A stretch of 64,000 bases of DNA, taken from NCBI GenBank assembly GCA_030704615.1, contig CM060733.1, positions 49,352,001-49,416,000 on the forward strand, given 5' to 3'. Source of the stretch: Takakia lepidozioides (taxonomy: Eukaryota > Plantae > Bryophyta). Position numbers and translations under genes: made by a program. Position 1 is the stretch's first letter; each line of letters opens with the position of its first letter. Positions 22,801-34,837 of the stretch are shown in pieces. The notes beneath the pieces were generated by a model, which worked only from the letters and a program-made list of their open reading frames with translations, was not told the origin of the DNA and did no database searches.

Positions 22801-25800
22801 TCACTCTCTTCATTCTATACCCCCAGAAATGTTTTGGCTGTAACAATTGAAGAAATGCCTGCAGGACACAAAGCATAAACGTATGGTTGCTACAAAAAGC
22901 TATGGGTAATTTGTTGTAAGCTTGCGGGGCTTGCAAGCATCGATCAAGAGAAAAGATCCGCTCCGTTCTTTTGTCCCTATGCCACTGCGTAAGTAATATT
23001 GCGAGCGTATAGTCTGTTAGTTCCTCCATAGCTTTAAAGCTATAGCATTGATGGTTTGTCCCGTCGAGACGCCCGTTACTTAGAACGACGCCGACTCTTG
23101 CGCTTAATTTCCCTCCAATTTCTTGATCCCTTCTCTGGCTTTGGATTGGCTGTAACCGCTGTGACTGGATTTTAGATTTAATTTTCTTTAGTGGACTTTC
23201 CCTGCTGGACTGTCCACTAGGATAACACATGTGACAAGAATTTCGTTTTTCTGTACTTGTCGTTTGTTATATTGCCCCTTTTCTGTATTCATTAATGGGC
23301 CCGCCATTCATCCGAATCGACGTGCTAATTAGGTATTTTGACGGCCATTCTTGTCCTCTTTCTTGATGAGATCTGTTCTTGCACTTCCTTCTCAGCTGTG
23401 TGTTGCGCCCTGACTTCCACGTGTCCCTTTCTAAACTGGCTTCCGTCCTTTCTTCCGCCGGCCATTTCCCTGAAGTTATCCTGCGTCCACCTGTCACTGA
23501 TTCTATGGATTGTGTAACCCTAGTAGGCTGTGTTGAGCTGTGACAGGCTGTGTTATACTGTGGTACGCCGTGATACGCTGTGTTGCACTGTCGTAAGCTG
23601 TGATAGGCTGTGACACGCTGTGGCAGGTTGTGATAGGCTGTATTGCTCCGTGCTGGGCTGTGATATGCTGTGTCGTGCCTCGCTGGGCTGTGATAGGTTG
23701 TGTTGCACCGTGATGGGTTGTGATAAGCTGTGTCGCGCTTGTTCTGCCCGCCCTGGTCATATATGCTTGGCCTAGCGACAAGTGCTTCATACTCTGTTGG
23801 TATCACTGGTGCAGCCCGTGACTGTTTTTGCGTTTCAACATGCAAATCATGCTGCAATGGTTTGTCATGGATACCACTGTACCCCTTCAACTTATTGGCA
23901 TTGACTCTTCCCAGCATCTCTTTGTTAATGGTTTGTAACATGGCGGTGTTGTTATCATACATCTTTTGTATGACATAAGGTCCTTTCCATGGTGATTTAA
24001 GCTTAGAAGCTTTAATCTTCTTTCTTCTGCAACCATAGAACCAAATCTCCCGTCTTAAAAGTCTTTAACTTGCCTTCATCAAACTGTTCTTTTCTCTTCA
24101 TCTGAATTCTGGTCATATTATCAGCTGCAATCAGCACGTACTTCTTCCACATGGTATAATTCATGTTTCCTGACCTTAATTGAATCTTGCAATTCCATTC
24201 TCTTTCCCCATTCCGTTCTCATGGTAGGTAACAGGAATTCCACTGGAAGTAAGGCTTCCATACCATAAACTAATTGGAATGGTGTATACTTAGTGGGACT
24301 TTATATGAAGTCCTGTATGACCACAAAGCTGTCAGCAGCTTTGTATCCAATCCGTTTTGTTTGCATTGACTATCTTAGTCAAGATAGTACATAGTATTTT
24401 GTTGGTAGCCTCTGCCTGCCCATTACCCTGTGGGTAATATGTTGTACTCTTCCTATGCACAATCATAAACTCTTTAGTCAATAATTCAATGGTCTCATTA
24501 ATGAAGTGACTTCCCTGATCACTGATAAATTCCAAGGGACAGCCAAATCGTGTAAGTATGTTCTCATACAGAAACCTTGTTGTGGACTTGGTTCTGTTGT
24601 CCCTCAAAGCTTTAGCTTCCACCCACTTCGTAGTATAATCAGTGGCTGTAATTATGTACCTGTTATGTGTATTCTTGGCTGGTGGGTTAATTGGTCCAAC
24701 AAAGTCTAGTCCCCATTTCTGAAATGGTTCCGTAGGCATTGTAGGATGCAAAGCCATCATCCCAGATCTCTGCAAAGGTCCTAGCCTCTGACATTCATCA
24801 CAACTCTGACAATACTTGTGTACATCTTTGAACAAAGTAGGCCACCAGTAACCTGCATGTAGTATTTTCCTACTGGTAGTCTCTTCTCCAAAATGACCTC
24901 CTGCCATTCATTTATGAACTTCCTCCAAAAATTTATTAACTTCATGGTGATATAAGCATCGCTTTAGCACTCCATCTGGTCCTAGTTTATACATTCTGCT
25001 CCCTACCATAGTGTAAGGTAGAGCCTTGATAGCAATTCTCTTTCTCTGCTCCTTTCCATAACTTGGTGGGCACTGACCATGAGCAAGGTAGTATCTGATT
25101 GGCCACTGCCAATCTAACCAGTCATCTGCACTTCCCTGCACCTCCACTGTAAATAGACTCGCATCTGGTAATTGATCATCTACTCCCGTGGCTGGTTCTC
25201 CTGTTGATAACCTTGACAAGTGATCCGCCAGAAGATGCAGCCTCCCAGGCTTGTAAACAACCTCGAACTCAAACTCGTGCAAGATTATTAACCATCTTGC
25301 TATTCTTCCGCTTATCAGAGGTTTGTTTACCAGGTATATCAGAGCCTGGTGATCCACATAGAACATAAACTTCTTGCCCAACATGTAATGCCTGAATTTC
25401 TTCACTGCATAGATCATTGTCAATGCTTCTCTTTCCGTTGTGCTATAATTTCTTTCGGCATTGTTCATCAATCGGCTAGCATAGTACACAGGTGAATCTA
25501 TCCTTCCTGTAACATTTTGGGCTAACACTGCTCCTAGTGCTTCTCCAGAAGCATCACAGTGAACATGAAATATTTCCTGCCAGTGAGGACTAATCAGCAC
25601 AGGTGTAGTTGTTACTGACAATGTAATTTCCTCAAAAGCCTGTTGACATTCAGGTGTCCATGCAAACACTGCATCTTTCTTCAGAAGTTTGCTCAATGGT
25701 GCTGCTATCTGTGCATACTGTTTGACAAATCTTCTGTAATAGCTGGTTTGTCCAAGGAATCTCCTTAGACTCTTAACATTCACTGGTGGTGGAGAGGCTT

Positions 25801-26340
25801 TAATGGCCTCTGTCTTTCAGGGATCCACAAGAAGTCACCTCTTACACACAATGTGTCCCAGAAGCACCCCTGAGTTCACACATAAAGTACACTTCTCTGG
25901 ATTCAGGCCCAGACCTCTCATCCTGCATCTGGCCAGACATAACTCCAATTTATGCAAGTGCTCATTCTTAGAGCTGTACACACTGAAATCATCCAAGAAT
26001 ACCTGCATGAAATCATCTAGATACTCATGAAAAGATTCACTTATCACTCTCTGAAAGGTCGCTGGTGCATTACAAAGTCCAAAGGGCATGACTTTGTATG
26101 CATAAGCACCCCAGTCTGTGATGAAAGTCGTCTTTCCTTGGTCTTCTTCTGCCACTTGCACTTGATTATAACCACTGAAGCCATCCATGAATGAGTACAT
26201 CTCATGGCCTGCCACAGTGTCCAATACTGCTTCTGTGAATGACAAAGGGAAATGATCTTTCTTCGTACAAGCATTCAGCTTCTTGTAGTTCACACAAACT
26301 CTTAGTTTACCATTCTTCTTGGGAAGTATCACAATGGGTG
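19895..26340 (-). mobile_element. Family-B non-chromovirus Ty3/gypsy copy B1 (partial RT, RH, IN, long 3' extension), truncated at both ends
   Basis: RT (VMPFGLCNAPATFQR...FLDD) 25835-26332, RH 24908-25783, IN 24332-24907, extension ORFs 23267-23962, 22250-23230 and 20098-21519. No chromodomain and no extra RNase H. Confidence 0.9.
23530..23740 (-). repeat. 30-bp tandem repeat, ~7 units (TAYHSPARRD-type 10-aa repeat)
   Basis: Unit CTGTGATAGGCTGTGTCGCGCCGTGCTGGG-like, built from 10-nt subunits. Confidence 0.85.
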
Positions 26341-28293
26341 GAATAACTCAGAAAGCGCGTTTGCATCTTCTGCTACTCAATGTGATAACGTACCAGAAAA
26401 CAAGCAGCGTAGTATAACCCGCAGCCCATGACAATACTTGCTACCTCCTTGGTCTTGGTATAAATGAATCCATGTACAACTTGGAAGGCAATTAATTCCT
26501 TCAACATGGTACTTGCCTCATGCCAGTACTGCACAAAGTGATGATCCTCAATTGGTCGATTGTTCGGAAGAACTTTAGTCCTAGTTGCCACTGGTAGCCA
26601 AATGTGCATGATTTGATAGTAATGTGCCAACGACTGCGGAGGACTAAATTCCTTCCAAGCCAAATCCAACACAATGGGAATTTGGTTGAAGGGCATAATC
26701 ATAGCCCGACTGTACTCCCGTGCAGCTGGAGTTTTAGGTGGGTTAAAAGCAGCATTCCCCAATACCTCAGGCTGCGGTGGCTGTGGTGTGGCTATAGTAC
26801 CAATAGGGTCAGCTACTGTTACAGTGACTTGTGGTGGATTTGGTGGCACTGGCTCTTGTACCATTGGCATCTCCTGCACCTCCTATGAAGAAGACTGAAA
26901 AGCCGAAGTTCTGGCTTGTAAATAAGAAGCCATTAGCTGTTCCTCAAATATATAGACTCTTTTGTCGATATTTGAAGTGAGGTCCTCCTTTTGAGTCTGC
27001 AGGCCATCTACATCCTCTTGTAACTCCGCTATCCTACTATAGACATTGTCTATAGTAGTTGTGGCAATGTTCTGCACTTGCAGCCTGAGCTCATTCAACT
27101 CGCTTTGGGTGAGCTTTCGTGGTGCTTTGCCCTCCACCGGCCCTTGTGCTAACCAGACCTGCATAAGGTGGTTATCCACCAAGTTGCTTGTGGCACCCCT
27201 GAGAGTCTGCTCCTCTGTGAGCCTGTACACATCTATCTGCTGCTGTAAAGCCTCCATGCGCTTCGCATGAGGTTCAACCAAACTCGCATAGGCAGCAGCC
27301 AGATTATTGGCTTCCTTCCAAGCCTTGTTAGCCACAGAGAGTTCATTTCTATTTACCATGAGCGTTTGTTGCAACTCCAGGATGTACCTCTCTTGGTCAG
27401 CTTCAACCTGCCTGTATTGCTTGAAAGTATCCTCATTGCGACAGATTGTATTCTTCATATCGACAATGAGATTCGTTTGCTCGCATCTCTCTGCCTCTCT
27501 GCCTCTGCCTTCACTCTTTCTGCTTGACTGTTTATTTCTATTGTAGCTTGGTCAAGCATAGTTTGTGAGTGTAGCACATTGTATGGCCATCCTGTCATGC
27601 ACTGTCTGCAACTCCGTATGTAGTGCATTCACTTCTTGCAACTTGCTTTCATGCTTCACTTGCATTTGGTATAGCTGTTGCTTATGTGCTTCGTGCAACT
27701 GGTCTTGCGCGAGGCCTGCCTCAATCAATTGTTCCTTGGCCAATTGCAAAGCCGCTTCTGTACTCTCTAAGTCTTGCTGCATCTTGAGAGTGACCTCTTT
27801 ATCGACCTTGTTTGCACACTCAGTGGTAAGTCGAGCCTCAAACTCCTTCTTGAGTTCCTCCCTCAAAGCTGCCAATTGGGAGTTGGAACATGGGATTTGA
27901 CATAAGTGCCCAACAAATTAAGTGTCCTGCTTATGGAACTCATAAGCATAGCCTGTTGAGGGTCATCATGGTGAGTTTGCTGCTGTTCTCCCTGATCCTC
28001 AACAGTGTGATGCCTCACGAACCACTCAGGCCATTGCCCCACCAGATTTTCTTCCTGAACCACTTCATCTCCATCCGTCACAGGTGCTCAGTGTCTTCAC
28101 ATTCTACCTGTGGTACCTCCGTCACATGTGTGTGTATTATATGCGCCGCAGGGTTTCCCCTGGACAACTGCTGCACCTCCGGAATCACTGTTTCCCTGAC
28201 CAGACCAGAATTTTCATAGAGAAGGTCCCTCTTCTCAATTTCTGCCACCACACCTGTTCTGTAGTGGGAATATCTAACATTTTTTTCTCCAAA

Positions 28294-30711
28294 TCAATGG
28301 ACAACTTGTGGTAACTCTGTGACAAGCCGATCATCTGGCTGTGATGGCTGTGATACTGAAGTAACTTCCTCTTCCTTCTCTGAAGGTCCTGCTTCCAGTA
28401 ATAGCAGCTCTCTGTGCTGCTGTGCCCCTTCCTGCACAAGAGCTTGGGAAACACTATCATGCGGTTTTTGTGAAGCCAGTGGATCCGCCACTACAGTCTT
28501 TTCCCGCCTCTGTCTCTTAGTCTGGGGTTGCCCTGCCAGTCCACCCTCACTGTGTGAAGAGCTTTGCTCTTCCATTGCAGTGGTTTCGGTCTCAAACACT
28601 CCCATCTCATTTCTTTCCCGAGCATCAAGTATGCAAGAATCAAGAATTATTTGAGCAATGATTGGGCCAGACACTATGATAGGAGACTTTGCGGCAATGC
28701 CCTGTAATCTTTTCATCTCCTCTACCAGTGCGTTGTACATTATGTCCGCCCATGCTACCTCTTCTCTCCTCTCAGGGCTTTGAGTATTTTCCTCTGTGAA
28801 GGATCTGCTCAAATACTGTTGGTTCTGTTTCATGGCAAATAGAACGTTCAATACTTGGCCTACCTCCCTTAGCCCTGGGTAGACGGCCTTGGTACAAGCA
28901 TATCCCTGAGTTTTAAAGAAACTCATTTCTTGGAATAAGTCCTCTATTTGCAGTCTTGCCCTGTGCTCCTCCACATGCACCTGACCTGATGGCAATTCAA
29001 ACAATTGTTGTAGGTATAGGGGAGTAATTTCTAATTCAACTCCCTTCACCGTTGTTGCTCTTGTCCTAGGCTCAAAGTTCTGCAAGAATTGTAACATGTA
29101 CTGCCTATGGTGCAATGTCCAATCTTTGCTTTGCAATCCTTCTAATCGCAGCTCCTTCAGTAACTGGACCGCCTGTGGAGTAGCAATCGTTTGTTTCTGC
29201 AGGATTGTGGTGCTCTTCATCCTGATTTCTTCCATTCCTCTCACTCTCTTCATTCTAGACCCATAGAAAGGTTTTGGCTGTAACAATTGAAGAAATGACT
29301 GCAGGGCACAAAGCATAAACGTATGGTTGCCACAAAATGCTATGGGTAATTTCTTGTAAGCCTGCGGGGCTTGCAGGCATCGATTAAGAGAAAAGATCCG
29401 CTCTGATCTTCCGTCCCTATGCCACTGCGTAAGTAATATTGCGAGCGTATAGTCTGTTAGTTCCTCCATAGCTTCAAAGCTATCGCATTGATGGTTTGTC
29501 TCGTCGAGACGCCCGTTACTTGGAACGACGCCGACTCTTGCGCTTAAAATCCCTCCAATTTCTTGATCCTGCTTCTGGCTTATGATTGGCTGTAACCGCT
29601 GTGACTCGATTTTAGATTTAATTTTCTTTAGTGGACTTTCCCTGCTGGACTGTCCACTAGGATAACACATGTGACAAGAATTTCGCTTTTCTGTACTTGC
29701 CGTTTGTTCCGTTGCCCTTTTTCCGTATTCATTAATGATTGACGTGCTAAGTAGGTACTTTGACGGCCACTCTTGTTCTCTTTCTTGATGACACCTGTTC
29801 TTGCACTTCATTCTCAGCTGTGTATCGCGCCTTGACTTCCACGTATCCATTTCTAAACTGACTTCCGTCATTTCTTCCGCCGGCCATTTCCCTGAAGTTA
29901 TCCTGCGTCCACCTGTCATTGATTCTATGGATTGTGTAACCCTAGTAGGCTGTGTTGAGCTGTGACAGGTTGTGTCATACTGTGGTACGCTGTGATAGGC
30001 TGTGTTGCACTGTGGTAAGCTGTGATAGGCTGTGACATGCTGTGGTAGGTTGTGATAGGCTGTGACACGCTGTGATAGGTTGTGATAGGCTGTCTTGCGT
30101 GGTGCTGGGCTGTGATAGGCTGTGTCGCGCCGTGCTGGGCTTTGATAGGTTGTGTGGCGCCGTGCTGGGCTGTGATATGCTGTGTCACGCCGTGCTGGGT
30201 TGTGATAGGCAGTGTTGCGCCTTGATGGGCTGTGATAGGCTGTGTCGTGCTTGTTCTGCCCGCCCTTGTCATATATGCTCGGCCTAGCGACAAGTGCTCC
30301 ATACTCCGTTGGTATCACTGGCGCAACCCGTGACTGCTTTTGCGTTTCAACATGCAAATCATGCTGCAATGGTTTGTCATGGATACCACTGTACCCCTTC
30401 AACTTATTGGCATTGACTCTTCCCAGCATCTCTTTGTTAATGGTTTGTAACATGGCAGTGTTGTTATCATACATCTTCTGTATGACATAAGGTCCTTTCC
30501 ATGGTGATTTAAGCTTAGAAGCTTTAATCTTCCCCTTCTTCTGCAACCAGAGAACCAAATCTCCCGTCTTAAAAGTCTTTATCTTGCCTTCATCAAACTG
30601 TTCCTTTCTCTTCATCTGAATTATGGTCATATTATCAGCTGCATCAGCACGTATTTCTTCCACATGGTATAATTCATGTTTCCTGACCTTAATTGAATCT
30701 TGCAATTCCAT
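28294..30711 (-). CDS. Integrase C-terminus (GPY motif) read in-frame into a repeat linker and a transposon-protein-like domain
   Basis: 805 uninterrupted codons, from FKTGDLVL...KLKSPWKGPYVI through (TAYHSPARRD)n to FLQNF...VKGVELEITPLYLQQLFELP...WADIMYNAL. Confidence 0.75.
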   Translation of the reverse strand: MELQDSIKVRKHELYHVEEIRADAADNMTIIQMKRKEQFDEGKIKTFKTGDLVLWLQKKGKIKASKLKSPWKGPYVIQKMYDNNTAMLQTINKEMLGRVNANKLKGYSGIHDKPLQHDLHVETQKQSRVAPVIPTEYGALVARPSIYDKGGQNKHDTAYHSPSRRNTAYHNPARRDTAYHSPARRHTTYQSPARRDTAYHSPAPRKTAYHNLSQRVTAYHNLPQHVTAYHSLPQCNTAYHSVPQYDTTCHSSTQPTRVTQSIESMTGGRRITSGKWPAEEMTEVSLEMDTWKSRRDTQLRMKCKNRCHQEREQEWPSKYLLSTSIINEYGKRATEQTASTEKRNSCHMCYPSGQSSRESPLKKIKSKIESQRLQPIISQKQDQEIGGILSARVGVVPSNGRLDETNHQCDSFEAMEELTDYTLAILLTQWHRDGRSERIFSLNRCLQAPQAYKKLPIAFCGNHTFMLCALQSFLQLLQPKPFYGSRMKRVRGMEEIRMKSTTILQKQTIATPQAVQLLKELRLEGLQSKDWTLHHRQYMLQFLQNFEPRTRATTVKGVELEITPLYLQQLFELPSGQVHVEEHRARLQIEDLFQEMSFFKTQGYACTKAVYPGLREVGQVLNVLFAMKQNQQYLSRSFTEENTQSPERREEVAWADIMYNALVEEMKRLQGIAAKSPIIVSGPIIAQIILDSCILDARERNEMGVFETETTAMEEQSSSHSEGGLAGQPQTKRQRREKTVVADPLASQKPHDSVSQALVQEGAQQHRELLLLEAGPSEKEEEVTSVSQPSQPDDRLVTELPQVVH
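29950..30250 (-). repeat. 30-bp tandem repeat, ~10 units
   Basis: Same array as 23530-23740 with three more units. Confidence 0.85.
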
Positions 30712-33259
30712 TCTCTTTCCTCATTCCGTTCTCATGGTAGGTAACGGGAATTCCACTGGAAGTAAAGCTTCCATACCATAAACTAATTGGAATAGTGTAT
30801 ACTTAGTGGTGACTTTATATGAAGTCCTGTATGACCACAAAGGTGTCAGCAGCTTTGTATCCCAATCCGTTCTGTTTGCATTGACTATCTTAGCCAAGAT
30901 AGTACATAATATTTTGTTGGTAGCCTTGCCTGCCCATTACCCTGTGGGTAATATGTTGTACTCTTCCTATGCACAATCATGAACTCTTTAGTCAATAATT
31001 CAATGGTCTCATTAATGAAGTGACTTCCCTGATCACTTATAAATTCCAAGGGACAGCCAAATCGTGTAAGTATGTTTTCATACATGAACCTTGCTGTGGA
31101 CTTGGTTGTGTTGTCCCTCAAAGCTTTAGCTTCCACCCACTTCGTAGTATAATCAGTGGCTGTAATTATGTACCTGTTATGTGTATTCTTGGCTGGTGGG
31201 TTAATTGGTCCAACAAAGTCTAGTCCCCATTTCTGAAATGGTTCCGTAGGCATTGTAGGATGCAAAGCCATCATCCCAGATCTCTGCAAAGGTCCTAGCC
31301 TCTGACATTCATCACAACTCTGACAATACTTGTGTACATCTTTGAACAAAGTAGGCCACCAGTAACCTGCATGTAGCATCTTCCTACTGGTAGTCTCTTC
31401 TCCAAAATGACCTCTTGCCACTCTTTTATGAACTTCCTCCAAAAATTTATTAACTTCATGGTGGTATAAGCATCGCTTTAGCACTCCATCTGGTCCTAGT
31501 TTATACATTCTGCTCCCTACCATAGTGTAAGGTAGAGCCTTGATAGCAATTCTCTTTCTCTGCTCCTTTCCATAACTTGGTGGGCACTGACCATGAGCAA
31601 GGTAGTATCTGATTGGCCACTGCCAATCTAACCAGTCATCTGCACTTCCCTGCACCTCCACTGCAAATAGACTCGCATCTGGTAATTGATCATCTACTCC
31701 CGTGGCTGGTTCTCCTGTTTATAACCGTGACAAGTGATCCGCCACAAGATGCAGCCTCCCAGGCTTGTAAACAACCTCGAACTCAAACTCGTGCAAGATT
31801 ATCAACCATCTTGCTATTCTTCCGCTTATTAGAGGTTTGTTTACCAGGTATATCAGAGCCTGGTGATCCACATAGAACATAAACTTCTTGCCCAACATGT
31901 AATGCCTGAATTTCTTCACTGCATAGATCATTGCCAATGCTTCTCTTTCCGTTGTGCTATAATTTCTCTCGGCATTGTTCATCAATCGGCTAGCATAGTA
32001 CACAGGTGAATCTATCCTTCCTGTAACATTTTGGGCTAACACTGCTCCTAGTGCTTCTCCAGAAGCATCACAATGAACATGAAATATTTCCTGCCAGTGA
32101 GGACTAATCAGCACAGGTGTAGTTGTTACTGACAATGTAAGTTCCTTAAAAGCCTGTTGACATTCAGGTGTCCATGCAAACACTGCATCTTTCTTCAGAA
32201 GTTTGCTCAATGGTGTTGCTATCTGTGCATACCGCCTGACAAATCTTCTATAATAGCTGGTTTGTCCAAGGAATCTCCTTAGACTCTTAATATTCACTGG
32301 TGGTGGAGAGGCTTTAATGGCCTCTGTTTTCCTGGGATCCACAAGAAGTCCCCTCTTACACACAATGTGTCCCAGAAGCACCCCTGAGTTCACACAGAAA
32401 GTACACTTCTCTGGATTCAGGCCCAGACCTCTCATCCTGCATCTGGCCAGACATAACTCCAATTTATGCAAGTGCTCATTTTTAGAGCTGTACACACTTA
32501 AATTATCCAAAAACACCTGCATGAAATCATCCAGATACTCATGAAAAGATTCACTTATCACTCTCTGAAAGGTCGCTGGTGCATTACAAAGTCCAAAGGG
32601 CATGACTTTGTATGCATAAGCACCCCAGTCTGTGATGAAAGCTGTTTTTCCTTGGTTTTCTTCTGCCACTTGCACTTGATTATAACCACTGAAGCCATCC
32701 ATGAATGAGTACATCTCATGGCCTGCCACAGTGTCCAATACTGCTTCTGTGAATGGCAAAAGGAATGGATCTTTCTTCGTACAAGCATTCAGCTTCTTGT
32801 AGTTCACACAAACTCTTAGTTTACCATTCTTCTTGGGAACTATCACAATGGGTGACAACCAAGTTGTATACTCTATTGGGTATATAAACTTAGCCTCAGC
32901 CAACTTCTTGATCTCTTCTCCAACTTTCTGTGCATAGTTGGGATTCATTCTGTACCTTGCCTGCTTGATTCGTACTGATCCTGGTTCCAGTTCAATCTTA
33001 TGCTGACAAATTTCCGGTGGTATTCCTTTTAGATCCTCATAGCTCCAAGCAAATACATCTCTGTATTTGATGAACAAACTCTTAGCTTCTTCAAAGAATT
33101 CTGGCTCCAATTCAGCTCCTACCTTCACCATCCTCGGTTCCTCTTCAGTTCCCACATTCACTTTCCTCACCTGCTCATCAGCTGTGATTGTCCAACCAGT
33201 CACCACTTCATCCTATAAACTCACAGCGGCTGGTTCCTCTAGGATTTCCATTTCTCCTT

Positions 33260-34798
33260 TGTCACGCGGCTTTTACTCACCCATCCCTTCGCTATCCGAG
33301 GCGGAAACTCCAAGATAGAAGAGTTGAAAATCTCTAAGCACTCAGCCCGCTCAGAACAATCAGTCATGACCTACAACTAGTGTATCATGGGGTTGTTTCC
33401 TTTTTGTTTTCCTTCCCGCATTCATGTTAGCTGGTTATCTTTCTGTTGGTAATTAAATATCAGTTTGCTTCAGCAATCTATCGGATTCCATCATCTCATC
33501 CATTCATTCCACAGTTTCACTCAGATATCTCTACACAGTGTGAAGTATGTATCAGATTAATATCTATCAAGTATCAGGCTGAAGCCATGGAGTCTCTAAT
33601 CTGCTCTACATTACAACCCTACTGCTTGCATTCATTAAGCATCAACAGATCGTCCTCCTGCTACTCTGTGCTCTCTCTCTCTCCTTCCGCTCAGAGATGC
33701 GCTCTCTCCTCCTTTTCTCCCGTGATGTCCGAAGTCCCCTCTCCAAGTGATCTCTCCCCTCTCTCCCAGAATTCCCCCAAGAAGTCATCCTTTTCCCGTC
33801 CTCGCTCCTCGTTTTATCTTCCTACCCGTTGCTCTAACCGTTTCCCTCACTAACCGTCATCCGTGTACTAACATGTTCCATTCGTGGATGTTGTTCCCCC
33901 CAGTCGTTCCCTGTCCTGCTATTCATTCCCTATGGTCGTGACAGCTGTGTCAAGCTGTGACTGCGAAACAGGAAGAGCTGCAGGCACTTGGTATTCTTTG
34001 ACACGAGAGACGTTTCTGGAGTACATGTATGCAGTAAGCCCGAGTCTGTACTCAGTTTACTTTTCGAATACATGTTTGTAGTCCCTTCAGTGCTAATCAC
34101 TACTTGAATCAATGCAGCAAGAACTGGCAGAGGCAGCTGAGAAGGGAAAATCCGAATATTACCGCACCACACTAGAGGAACTAAGGACATTAAAGGGTGT
34201 GGAAGCTGCATTGTAGTGTAGGTAAAGAAGGGATCTTCAGCCCTGGCGAATTTCCAAGACCATTCGTGGGAATCAAAGGCAAGCTCAGCCAGAGGCCTGC
34301 CCAGTATCCACACACACAGGTATTGTTGGCGAGCCATTCTATAAGTGGGCATTGAAGATCTGGTTTGGGGTCCAGATCAGGCTTTTCAGGCAGTGACCAA
34401 CAACAAATTCTAATTGGTGTGAGGGGATGTTCACAGGGGAGCTAGAGAGAAGAGAGAGGGATAAGGAGGCTGTGCGACTGTGTCGAGCTGTGACTGACTG
34501 TGACGGCTGTGTCTGGCTGTGTCTGGCTGTGACTGGCTGTGACGGGCTGTGTCGGCTGTGACGGGCTGTATCGGCTGTGTCGGACTGTGTCGGCTGTGTT
34601 GGCTGTGACGGGCTGTGTCGGCTGTGTCGGACTGTGACGAGCTGTGTTGGCTGTGACTGACTGTGACGGACTGTGTAACTCCTTTCTAAAGTGCGCTGCT
34701 GTCACCCCTAAGGCTCCTGTTGGTCTCAGTCTGTGCAAAAATTAAGGGTACCCCACAGATCCCGTATAAGTGTCTAAGTCCCAGACAATCCTCTAACA
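33260..34798 (-). repeat. Family-B 3' LTR with CACAGC micro-repeats and a 506-bp insertion
   Basis: Minus strand reads TGTTAGAG...GCGTGACA, follows the PPT and matches the solo LTR at 1884-8557. Confidence 0.9.
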
Positions 34799-34837
34799 TT
34801 ACCCCTTCCCCTCTAAAAAAAAACCGTGTCCTCAGGA

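Larger units (their letters stand above)
26339..33259 (-). mobile_element. Family-B copy B2 (RT, RH, IN, long 3' extension), truncated at both ends
   Basis: RT-RH ORF 31719-33206 (catalytic motif mutated to FLDN), IN 30885-31661, 805-aa ORF 28294-30711, coiled-coil pieces 26373-28081. Colinear with B1. Confidence 0.92.
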
